Below are positions 1 to 7,693 of a stretch of 32,000 bases of DNA, piece after piece. Below the pieces are notes generated by a model. It was not told the origin of the DNA. It saw nothing but the letters and a program-made list of their open reading frames with translations, and ran no database searches. Origin of the DNA: Candidatus Saganbacteria bacterium (GTDB taxonomy: Bacteria; Margulisbacteria; WOR-1; JAKLHX01). The first letter of the stretch is position 1; each line of letters opens with the position of its first letter. Location: assembly GCA_026387835.1 (NCBI GenBank), contig JAPLKZ010000005.1, positions 30,001 through 62,000 on the forward strand. The letters are read 5' to 3'. Both the position numbers and the translations under genes were made by a program.

Positions 1-40
1 AACCGTATCTGCTGACCGATAACATAAATGATATTCCTTT

Positions 41-940
41 TTACTTTCCTTTTTCCGCTATTCGTTTATCGCAACGCGCTTTGAGATCGGGACTCGCATT
101 AGGCTGATCTTTTATTAACCCGAGAATATAAACACTATTGGCCGCGGCAAAAAGCTTTTCAAGGTTGACTTCCTGCACGTAATGGTAAGGCACTCTTGCC
201 TGCGCCTTACGCATTCCTTCATCTGATGCTTTAGCCGGTTTATTTTTCAGGGCGATATCCCATAATATTGTAAGCGGAGTTTTGGGATGCGCGGCAATCT
301 CGTCCATCACAAGAATGTCTTTGCAGATCCCAAAGATATAAGTTATATCTCCTTCGGATAATTTTCCACTTAACCTGTTAAAAGCGTTGGCGCAGTCTCT
401 CGGGGATTTTTCGATTATTCGCATCAGTGTTTTTTTGCCGGCGAAATCCGCAAAGGATAAAAGCGCCAGCAAAGGGGATCCGCTGTCAAGGGACTCGACT
501 ATTCCCAAGATCTCACTATCAGAAATTATTGATTTTATAGGATAGAAAGCCGCTTCTTTCCTTTGATGTTCTACCCGGGGATTCATCATTATAGATTTGC
601 AGGCATCTTTAGGTACGATGCCGGCGGACAGATAGGGTTCGGCAATGGAAGTATCAGGCAAACTCATGAACGCCTGGTCCCTTATAGCTTTATGTACGGC
701 CGTAAGCCTTTCAACGGATATTGTCCCGGACCCGATCCTCATCACAAGCTGATCCACAACTAAATTTCTCACGATCAGATCATCAGATCTTGATAACCGT
801 CTCAACGTCCAATTATTGATGAACGGGTCTTCCGCTTTTCTTACGTTTGATGAAAGCGGATTATGCACACCCAAGAACCTTCCGTGTCCGAACATGAACT
901 TACCAAGCGTTGCGGTATGGCCGTATTTACTGACCAACAT
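41..940 (-). CDS. hypothetical protein (299 aa), cytoplasmic by appearance, no family recognised
   Basis: Longest ORF here, with an ATG start at 940 and no comparable competing ORF. No signal peptide or TM segment. Segments such as AAHPKTPLTILWDIA and DQPNASPDLKARC loosely resemble helical-repeat (variant LRR/HEAT-like) units but are not diagnostic. Confidence 0.5.
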   Translation of the reverse strand: MLVSKYGHTATLGKFMFGHGRFLGVHNPLSSNVRKAEDPFINNWTLRRLSRSDDLIVRNLVVDQLVMRIGSGTISVERLTAVHKAIRDQAFMSLPDTSIAEPYLSAGIVPKDACKSIMMNPRVEHQRKEAAFYPIKSIISDSEILGIVESLDSGSPLLALLSFADFAGKKTLMRIIEKSPRDCANAFNRLSGKLSEGDITYIFGICKDILVMDEIAAHPKTPLTILWDIALKNKPAKASDEGMRKAQARVPYHYVQEVNLEKLFAAANSVYILGLIKDQPNASPDLKARCDKRIAEKGK

Positions 941-1072
941 AAGTGGTTCTCCTTTAATTCATTTATCTTGCAAATAGTTATCGGCATTATTTTATGTAAA
1001 TTTCACACATTTTTGATTTAGGATCCTATTTTGTTCGTGGGTGTAAATTGTGGTTTTGCTTTTATTAAAGCC

Positions 1073-1636
1073 TCAGATATTCAGGAAATTCCCCAGCAGT
1101 TTTTTACCATCCTTAGTGAGTATTGATTCCGGGTGGAACTGGACGCCTTCCACTTTGAATTCTTTATGACGTATCCCCATTATCTCGCCGTCTTTCGTCC
1201 AGGCGGATATCTCAAAACAGCCGGGAAGGCTTTCTTTTTCAACTATCAGGGAATGATATCTTGTCGCAGTGAAAGGATCGGGCAGGCCTTTGAAGATAGT
1301 TTTTCCGTCATGATGTATCTGCGAGGTCTTGCCGTGCATGAGGTTCACGGCGCGGACCACTTTCCCTCCAAGGGCTTCCGCTATGGACTGGTGGCCCAGG
1401 CAGACGCCGAGAATAGGGATTTTCCCAGCGAAATCCTTGACTACATCCATAGATATTCCGGCTTCTTTCGGGGTGCAGGGTCCCGGAGAGATAACGATCT
1501 TTTCGGGGGCAATATTTCTTATTTCATTTATCGTAATTTTGTCGTTGCGGTATACCCTCGTTTCGGCGCCGAGCTCGTTGAGATACTGCACGAGATTATA
1601 TGTGAACGAATCGTAATTATCTATCACGAGGAGCAT
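1073..1636 (-). CDS. trpG: class-I glutamine amidotransferase, anthranilate synthase component II / aminodeoxychorismate synthase component II (TrpG/PabA)
   Basis: 187 aa. The N-terminus [18 protein letters not shown] is typical of the family. Nucleophile context is GVCLGHQ and the His/Glu of the triad lie in FHPES. TrpG and PabA cannot be separated by eye. Confidence 0.9.
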   Translation of the reverse strand: MLLVIDNYDSFTYNLVQYLNELGAETRVYRNDKITINEIRNIAPEKIVISPGPCTPKEAGISMDVVKDFAGKIPILGVCLGHQSIAEALGGKVVRAVNLMHGKTSQIHHDGKTIFKGLPDPFTATRYHSLIVEKESLPGCFEISAWTKDGEIMGIRHKEFKVEGVQFHPESILTKDGKKLLGNFLNI

Positions 1637-2052
1637 AAATCCTCACCCCGCCTCGCCCCGCCTTTGGCGGGGACCCGGCACCCCTCTCCACTTCGTGGAG
1701 AGGGGAAAGCAAACTGTTTAAGCTTTTTAAGAACGCTGTTAATATCGGAGATCACCTCATCATTATTAAAACGCAAAATATTTATTCCCTTATTTTCAAT
1801 GATATTTTGTCTTGCCAGATCATATTCCTTTAAATTATGATGAATATTGCCGTCGATTTCAATCCCCAGCCTGATCTCAGGACAAAAAAAGTCCAAAATG
1901 AAACCATCCAAAGGGACTTGACGTCTGAATTTAAGCCCGCAAAGCCCGCGGTTACTCAGATATTTCCATAGAAGGATTTCTGCTCGCGTGGAACTCTTCC
2001 TTAGATCTCTTGCTGCCAGTATCGTCCGATATTTTTTATCTTTTTTTCTCAT
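1624..2052 (-). CDS. DUF559 / Vsr-like (restriction-endonuclease fold) domain protein
   Basis: The core [19 protein letters not shown]...[32 protein letters not shown]...[23 protein letters not shown] fits the DUF559 pattern. ATG 2052 is the preferred start, though the ORF stays open upstream to a TTG at 2103 inside the right inverted repeat. The 3' end reads through the left inverted repeat, giving the tail [27 protein letters not shown], and stops 13 nt inside trpG. Confidence 0.8.
   Translation of the reverse strand: MRKKDKKYRTILAARDLRKSSTRAEILLWKYLSNRGLCGLKFRRQVPLDGFILDFFCPEIRLGIEIDGNIHHNLKEYDLARQNIIENKGINILRFNNDEVISDINSVLKKLKQFAFPSPRSGEGCRVPAKGGARRGEDLCSS
1637..1705. repeat. left inverted-repeat arm (69 nt) with two nested hairpins
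   Basis: Sequence AAATCCTCACCCCGCC...CCCCGCC-TTT-GGCGGGG (1655-1671)...CCCCTCTCCA-CTTCG-TGGAGAGGGG (1681-1705). It aligns with indels to the reverse complement of 2067-2126. Confidence 0.85.
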
Positions 2053-2066
2053 GTCCAGCTTATTTA

Positions 2067-2126
2067 CCCCTCTCCATAAAATGGAGAGGGGTGCCCCGAG
2101 CAAAGCGAGGGGCGGGGTGAGGATTT
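2067..2126. repeat. right inverted-repeat arm (60 nt)
   Basis: CCCCTCTCCA-TAAAA-TGGAGAGGGG (2067-2091) followed by TGCCCCGAGCAAAGCGAGGGGCGGGGTGAGGATTT. The terminal 16 nt are a perfect inverted copy of 1637-1652. Confidence 0.85.
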
Positions 2127-2177
2127 TACATATTATATCATTTGTTATTGTTCGGGGCAGATGATAGAATTTCCGGT

Positions 2178-3227
2178 ATGAGCTACAGGCTGACAGGTGA
2201 AACTGAGAGGGAAGAGTTCGACAAGATCGCGGGGACCGGTTCCCAGGTCCTGCAGTCCTATGGATGGGGAGAAGTTAAGGGAGCTTTCGGCTGGAGCCCG
2301 ACAAGAGTACTGCTGGGATCGGGCGGATCTTTTTTGTTATTGAAAAAACAGCTGCCGCTTATAAAAAAATGTTTTTTCTACCTGCCGAGAGGCCCCCTGA
2401 TCGACTTTGGCAAAGAAAAGCAGGTCGAAGAATTCATCTCCGCCGCAGGCGGCCTTGCCAGAAAGGAGGGCGCTCTTTTTCTCCGCATGGACCCGGAGAT
2501 AAGCGAGGAAGATAATGAAGCTCTCTCGTTGCTGAAGAGCAAAGGATTCATCAAGGCAAGAAAAGAGGTCCAGCCGCGCTCTACATATATACTCGATCTC
2601 ACTTTGGACCTTGAAAAGATCAAGGCCGCCTTTGACGGCAAGTTCCGCTATAACATCCACGTCGCGGAAAAGCACGGCGTCACCGTGAGGCAGCAGAGCA
2701 GTGAAGATGCGCTTAAGGAATTCTACGGCATCTATAAAGAGACCTGTTCAAGGCAGAACTTCATCATTCACCCGTATTCCTATTACAAAAAGATCCTTGA
2801 AGAGATCATTTCGAAGGGGAACGGCACTTTTTTTATCGCATATCACGGCGGGGTCCCGATATCCGGGATCGTGGTCTTTACTTTCGGAAAAAGGGCCTGG
2901 TACATGTACGGCGCGTCTTCAAATGAATACAGGAACATGATGCCTAACAATCTTATCCACTGGGAAGTCATCAAATGGGCAAAAGAGAAAGGGCTCAGGG
3001 AATACGACCTGTGGGGAATACCTTCAAATCCGCATGAAAAACATCCTCTCTGGGGGGTTTACAGGTTCAAGAAAGGAATGGGAGGCAGGCTTGTAAAATA
3101 TATTGGGGCGTATGACCTTCCTTTTAACAGGGGCTTCTATCAATTATTTGATAAACTTATTATCGGGTACCAGAACACTGTCAGGTTCTTAAGAAAAGGC
3201 ACGATCTCGGATTCGCTGGCGGAATGA
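2178..3227 (+). CDS. FemAB/FemX-family peptidoglycan interpeptide-bridge aminoacyltransferase
   Basis: The ORF-track start at 2142 is a TTG; I prefer ATG 2178 (MSYRLTGE...). The size and segments FRYNIHVAEKHGV and AWYMYGASSNEYRNMMPNNLIHWEVIKWAKEKGLREYDLWGI fit the FemAB family. The stop lies 5 nt before the murE start. Confidence 0.75.
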   Translation: MSYRLTGETEREEFDKIAGTGSQVLQSYGWGEVKGAFGWSPTRVLLGSGGSFLLLKKQLPLIKKCFFYLPRGPLIDFGKEKQVEEFISAAGGLARKEGALFLRMDPEISEEDNEALSLLKSKGFIKARKEVQPRSTYILDLTLDLEKIKAAFDGKFRYNIHVAEKHGVTVRQQSSEDALKEFYGIYKETCSRQNFIIHPYSYYKKILEEIISKGNGTFFIAYHGGVPISGIVVFTFGKRAWYMYGASSNEYRNMMPNNLIHWEVIKWAKEKGLREYDLWGIPSNPHEKHPLWGVYRFKKGMGGRLVKYIGAYDLPFNRGFYQLFDKLIIGYQNTVRFLRKGTISDSLAE

Positions 3228-3232
3228 GCTAA

Positions 3233-4717
3233 ATGAAACTAAATGAACTGATAAAAAATATAAAGGTCACAAAGACAGAAGGGGACCTGGATTTCGATAT
3301 TTCCGGTATCGCTCATGATTCGAGAAAAGTGAAAAGCGGGGATGTCTTTGTAGCGGTGCCCGGGCTGGTGTATGACGGCACGCATTTTATACCTATGGCG
3401 CTTTCAAACGGAGCCGGCGCGGTCGTGACCGAAAAAGATGCGGACCTTGAGGGGAAAGCCGCAAAGATCATAGTCCCTTCATCAAGAACGGCCCTTGCCG
3501 ACCTTTCATGCGCGTATTTCGGATTTCCGTCAAGAAAGCTTAAGATCGCGGGTATAACCGGGACGAACGGAAAAACGACGACCGCATACCTCCTTGATTC
3601 TGTTTTCAGGAAAGCGGGGCTCAAGACAGGCCTGATAGGCACCGTGGAGACAAAGATAGGGGACAGGACAATAACTTCAGAACTGACGACTCCCGAATCA
3701 ACGCAGCTCCAGGGATATTTTGCCGAGATGATAAAAGAAGGCGTGACCCATGTCGCGATGGAAGTGTCCTCGCATTCTATCGCGATGAAAAGGATAAAGG
3801 GAATAGAGTTTGACGCGGCAGTCTATACGAACTTAAGCCACGACCACCTTGATTTCCACAAGACGCTCGAGGCCTATTTTGACACCAAGATGTACCTTTT
3901 CAGGACTCTCGGCTCGGGAAGCAAAAAGGATGTCCATGCGATAGTAAATGCCGATGACGGCTACTGCGATGCGGTCCTGGAAGAGACCGGCGCCGGAACG
4001 GTGACATATTCCCTGAAACACAAGGCGGATATTACGGCCAAGATACTGCGGTCAAGCCTTGACGGTCTTGAATTAGAGATAAAATATGCAGGCAGGACTT
4101 TCAAAATAATGTCTTCGCTGACCGGGGATTATAACGCGTATAACATCCTGGCCGCGTTCGCCTGCGCAGGCAGCATGGGTATCGATGAAAGAATGATCGT
4201 CGAAGGCATCGAAGCGCTGAAAGGCGTCCCGGGAAGGTTTGAAAAGATAGATGAAGGACAGGATTTCAGGGTGATCGTGGATTTTGCCCATTCTCCGGAC
4301 AGTCTTGAAAAAATATTGAAGTTCGCGTCAAACCTTAAAAAGGGCAGGGTGATATCGGTCTTCGGATGCACAGGGGAACGCGACAGGCTCAAACGGCCGC
4401 TGATGGGTGAAATATCATTCAGGAACGCAGATCTTACCATCCTTACATCGGATGACCCGCACGGAGAGGATGCTGACCGGATAATACAGGATGTAGAGGC
4501 GGGCCTCAAAAAAGCCGGTGCTGTCGCGGGCAAGCATTACCTGAAACTGCCCGACAGGAGGTCCGCGATAGAAAAATCAATTGAAATCGCTTCTCAAAAT
4601 GATATAGTAATAATTGCAGGCAGGGGGCATGAAAAGATACAGGAGATCAAAGGAAAAAACATCTATATCGATGACAGGGCAGTCGCAAGGCAGGCAATAC
4701 AAAAACGCGCTATATAA
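3233..4717 (+). CDS. murE: UDP-N-acetylmuramoyl-L-alanyl-D-glutamate--(diamino acid) ligase MurE
   Basis: 494 aa. Mur ligase P-loop GITGTNGKTTT, central VMEVSSH and NLSHDHLDFH, C-terminal domain VFGCTGERDRLKRPLMG. The substrate-specificity position reads DDPH (4451-4462), where DAP-adding enzymes have DNPR. Confidence 0.93.
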   Translation: MKLNELIKNIKVTKTEGDLDFDISGIAHDSRKVKSGDVFVAVPGLVYDGTHFIPMALSNGAGAVVTEKDADLEGKAAKIIVPSSRTALADLSCAYFGFPSRKLKIAGITGTNGKTTTAYLLDSVFRKAGLKTGLIGTVETKIGDRTITSELTTPESTQLQGYFAEMIKEGVTHVAMEVSSHSIAMKRIKGIEFDAAVYTNLSHDHLDFHKTLEAYFDTKMYLFRTLGSGSKKDVHAIVNADDGYCDAVLEETGAGTVTYSLKHKADITAKILRSSLDGLELEIKYAGRTFKIMSSLTGDYNAYNILAAFACAGSMGIDERMIVEGIEALKGVPGRFEKIDEGQDFRVIVDFAHSPDSLEKILKFASNLKKGRVISVFGCTGERDRLKRPLMGEISFRNADLTILTSDDPHGEDADRIIQDVEAGLKKAGAVAGKHYLKLPDRRSAIEKSIEIASQNDIVIIAGRGHEKIQEIKGKNIYIDDRAVARQAIQKRAI

Positions 4718-6998
4718 ATTCCTTTATTTTCCGATAATACTTGCTATCCTCGTCTCAGCTTCGTTTTCCTCTGACAGCGGACAGGAGATACCCGTAAGCC
4801 TCAAAGCCCAGCACCTCAAATTCGACCAGGATTCCGGCATAATATCCGCGAGCGGTTCAGTCGAAGCCGAATTCCAGGATGTGACCCTGTATGCCGATTC
4901 CCTGAAAGTCAATACGGGAACAAAGATCGCGACGGCGGAGGGGAACGTCAGGCTTAAAAGAAAAGATTACGAAGCTTCGGGAAGCAAGATGGTATATGAC
5001 ATGGAAAGCGAAACAGCTCACGTGAAAGACTTCCGCGCGTCCCTCTCCCCGTCTGAAATGAAAGGGAAGCTTTTTCTTGATCTGGAGGATGTGGACGATG
5101 AAAAAAATATAAAATACGGGCATAACGGGAACGCGACCACCTGTGACCTCGCAGAACCCCATTACCATATGGACGCGGGCAAGTTCTATTTTAAACCCGA
5201 CGACAAAGTCGTAGGGGTCAACGTGACCGCTTTTGTCGGTAATACTCCGGTGATGTGGTTCCCTTTTTACATCTACGACCTTGCAAAAAGAAAGGTCTCT
5301 TTGATGGTCCCTGTTATCGGAAGCAACGATATCGAAGGCAACTTCCTGAAATCAGAGATCGCGTATTTCTTCGGTTTTGATAAGTGGGGGTCAGTCTATG
5401 TCGACCTGATGAGCAAAAAGGGGGTAGGTTACGGCATAGAACATAATTACAAGCTCAACGAAAAGAACTCCGGTAAACTTTATGTCTATCATGTTTATGA
5501 ATCGGATACAGGCATCCCGGACTGGGTTGTAAAGCTGGACCATAAAGTCAAGCTCAGCAAATATACAAATCTTGCCCTCGGCTATGATTACAGGTATATC
5601 TATCTTGTCCCGAACAGCAGGCTGGACCAGACCGGTTATAAGATAGGGCTTGATTATAATAACGGCAAGGATACTTTCGCGACCTCGCTTGATGTCCTCA
5701 ATAACCGCATCAGCAGCCTTGGCGAATACACGTTCAGGATCGGAAGATCGGATGATATGTCCAGGACCAATTACATGTACAACACAAGGAACAGTATCGC
5801 CGCTGCCGGCTGGCAGAACGAGTCTCAGAGCTTTTCGCACAACCAGTGGCTTTTCAGCAAAGATCTCAACATATCTTTAGCAGCGAATTATTTCAGAAAT
5901 GTCACGGCAGAAGGCTATGCTTTCGACCAGAGGCTCGATCCGACTGTCGAGATTAACTGGAAGGGGAAAGGATTCAACTTGAGAGTGACGGAAGCGACGT
6001 ACATTGATCCTGACACAAATTCTTACACGGCTGACGAGAACGTGGAATATGTGGAGAAACTGCCCGAAGCCGTCCTGACGCTTGACACGACGCAGTTCGC
6101 GACGGTGAACGTGAAGTCCGAAGTAGCTTACGGAAAATATCACGAATCAAAATATATTCCCGCCACCAACAGCCAGCGGCATTATACCGCCGAAAGGTTC
6201 AAGGAAGCCGCGACATTTGACAAGGTCTTTACGCTGCCCCTGGGCAGCAGCTTGTCCGGTCTCTTCGGGGTCGAGCAGTACCAGTACGACACGGGGGACG
6301 AAAGATACGCGCAGAAAGAGAACTTCGCGCTTTCCACTGACCTGGGAGGTTTCTTTACCAACAGGGCGGTCTATGACAGGGCATACAGCGACGGGAACAG
6401 CCCTTTCTATTTTGACAGCGGAGGGTATCTTTTTAATACTTTAAAAGACACGGTCACGCTTTACAGGGGTAATGATAATAAATTCACTATTGACGGAGGG
6501 TATAATTATATTACAAATACATATATGGACCTTCTTACGAAGTATTACTTTAAACCAAATGATTCATTGAATCTTGATATATCTTCGGGTTATGATATAC
6601 AGGACGGAATATGGAGGGACCTGGTCACGCTGATAACCGTGGTTCCGTTCGCCGGTCTTAAGGACAGTCTCTCTCATACATACGACCTGAACACCGGGAA
6701 AACGAAACTCGCCACAAACCTGTTCGAATGGGAGATCGGGGATACCTGGCAGAGCAAGTGGAAGATAAGGCTGGGGCATACATTCGATTTTACGGTAAAT
6801 AAGGTAATATTACAGGACGCGGAGATAGTGAAAGACCTTCACTGCTGGGAGCTTAAATATACCTGGTCGGATTTCAGGAAGGAGTTCCGGATAATGCTGA
6901 CGCTCAAGGCTTTCCCCGACCAGCCGGTAGGTTACGGATCAGGAAGCAGAGGATTCTTTATGGAAGGGACGGATCAGGTGGGGCCGGTGAGGTACTAA
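4671..6998 (+). CDS. lptD: LptD/OstA-like outer-membrane LPS-assembly protein
   Basis: Hydrophobic N-terminus FLYFPIILAILVSASFSS. OstA/LptA-type segment SGIISASGSVEAEFQDVTLYADSLKVNTGTKIATAEGNVRLKRKDYEASGSKMVYDMESETAHV. A Tyr/Asn/Gly-rich region of about 600 aa follows, with the alternating pattern of a large beta-barrel. The ORF is open from 4614. ATG 4671 was chosen and overlaps the murE 3' end by 47 nt. Confidence 0.7.
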   Translation: MTGQSQGRQYKNALYKFLYFPIILAILVSASFSSDSGQEIPVSLKAQHLKFDQDSGIISASGSVEAEFQDVTLYADSLKVNTGTKIATAEGNVRLKRKDYEASGSKMVYDMESETAHVKDFRASLSPSEMKGKLFLDLEDVDDEKNIKYGHNGNATTCDLAEPHYHMDAGKFYFKPDDKVVGVNVTAFVGNTPVMWFPFYIYDLAKRKVSLMVPVIGSNDIEGNFLKSEIAYFFGFDKWGSVYVDLMSKKGVGYGIEHNYKLNEKNSGKLYVYHVYESDTGIPDWVVKLDHKVKLSKYTNLALGYDYRYIYLVPNSRLDQTGYKIGLDYNNGKDTFATSLDVLNNRISSLGEYTFRIGRSDDMSRTNYMYNTRNSIAAAGWQNESQSFSHNQWLFSKDLNISLAANYFRNVTAEGYAFDQRLDPTVEINWKGKGFNLRVTEATYIDPDTNSYTADENVEYVEKLPEAVLTLDTTQFATVNVKSEVAYGKYHESKYIPATNSQRHYTAERFKEAATFDKVFTLPLGSSLSGLFGVEQYQYDTGDERYAQKENFALSTDLGGFFTNRAVYDRAYSDGNSPFYFDSGGYLFNTLKDTVTLYRGNDNKFTIDGGYNYITNTYMDLLTKYYFKPNDSLNLDISSGYDIQDGIWRDLVTLITVVPFAGLKDSLSHTYDLNTGKTKLATNLFEWEIGDTWQSKWKIRLGHTFDFTVNKVILQDAEIVKDLHCWELKYTWSDFRKEFRIMLTLKAFPDQPVGYGSGSRGFFMEGTDQVGPVRY

Positions 6999-7000
6999 AT

Positions 7001-7681
7001 ATGATAAATTCGAAATTTGGAGCGTTTGTCATTTCGATCTTGTGCTTCGGATTTATCTTCGGTGGTTGCGCCAAGACTGTGGTGCCTCTGCCGAACGTGG
7101 GGAACCAGATCACGGTGACAATAACGCTGCGAGGGGATATCGATACGGTGAACAATAAATACTATATGATCTTCGGCAGCGCAAACCCGGCGATCCCTTA
7201 TATCGACAAACCGTCATATTTCTTCGCCCCGGGAGAAAACTACGATTCCCTCAAGATGAACGTTTCAAAAGACCTGAACTATTATTACACTTACTATTTC
7301 ACCACTTGGAACGACTATATCCTTTTGAAGAATGATTTTTATACCGTCATTAACGGCCCGTTCATATTAGCCAACCATGTGACATATACGGGCAGTTATC
7401 TTGATTTCAGGACAGCACCCGGCGACCCGTCACTAAAAAAGAAGATAATCCTTACTTTCAATTTTAACAAGTTGAGCACGCTTCCGGCCGACCTCTATTT
7501 TAATTTTGTCTGCGTGGACAAGGACGGCTACCAGAGAGATTATTTAAGAGCGACTGATAACAAAGTGTCGGTGAACGCCGGGACCACAATTTCGGATAAG
7601 TTGGAGCCGGCCGATCCTTTAATAGATCCGTCGCTCGATATAATATCATGGGGTATGGCGGTGCAAAATAATTCAAAATAA
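7001..7681 (+). CDS. hypothetical lipoprotein (226 aa)
   Basis: Signal peptide plus lipobox (ILCFGFIFGG-C). The ATG lies 2 nt after the lptD-like stop, and lnt follows 12 nt downstream. No family recognised. Confidence 0.6.
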   Translation: MINSKFGAFVISILCFGFIFGGCAKTVVPLPNVGNQITVTITLRGDIDTVNNKYYMIFGSANPAIPYIDKPSYFFAPGENYDSLKMNVSKDLNYYYTYYFTTWNDYILLKNDFYTVINGPFILANHVTYTGSYLDFRTAPGDPSLKKKIILTFNFNKLSTLPADLYFNFVCVDKDGYQRDYLRATDNKVSVNAGTTISDKLEPADPLIDPSLDIISWGMAVQNNSK

Positions 7682-7693
7682 GAAAGAACCATT

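Larger units (their letters stand above)
1637..2126 (-). mobile_element. candidate selfish cassette: DUF559 gene bounded by imperfect terminal inverted repeats
   Basis: The outermost 16 nt are perfect inverted copies: 1637-1652 AAATCCTCACCCCGCC equals the reverse complement of 2111-2126. Each arm also carries the hairpin CCCCTCTCCA-N5-TGGAGAGGGG (1681-1705 and 2067-2091). No transposase and no clear target-site duplication. Confidence 0.4.

Noticed and set aside
1133-1840. 235-aa ORF on the + strand, plus the nested 1329-1616 ORF
   Set aside because: It is antisense to the clearly homologous TrpG/PabA gene and runs into the inverted repeat. The composition is Phe/Arg/Gly-rich with no motifs, typical of a shadow ORF.
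4614-4670. Upstream ATG 4614 as the start of the lptD-like gene
   Set aside because: It would add a highly basic 19-aa extension and a 104-nt overlap with murE. ATG 4671 gives a normal n-region plus hydrophobic core. The choice remains uncertain.
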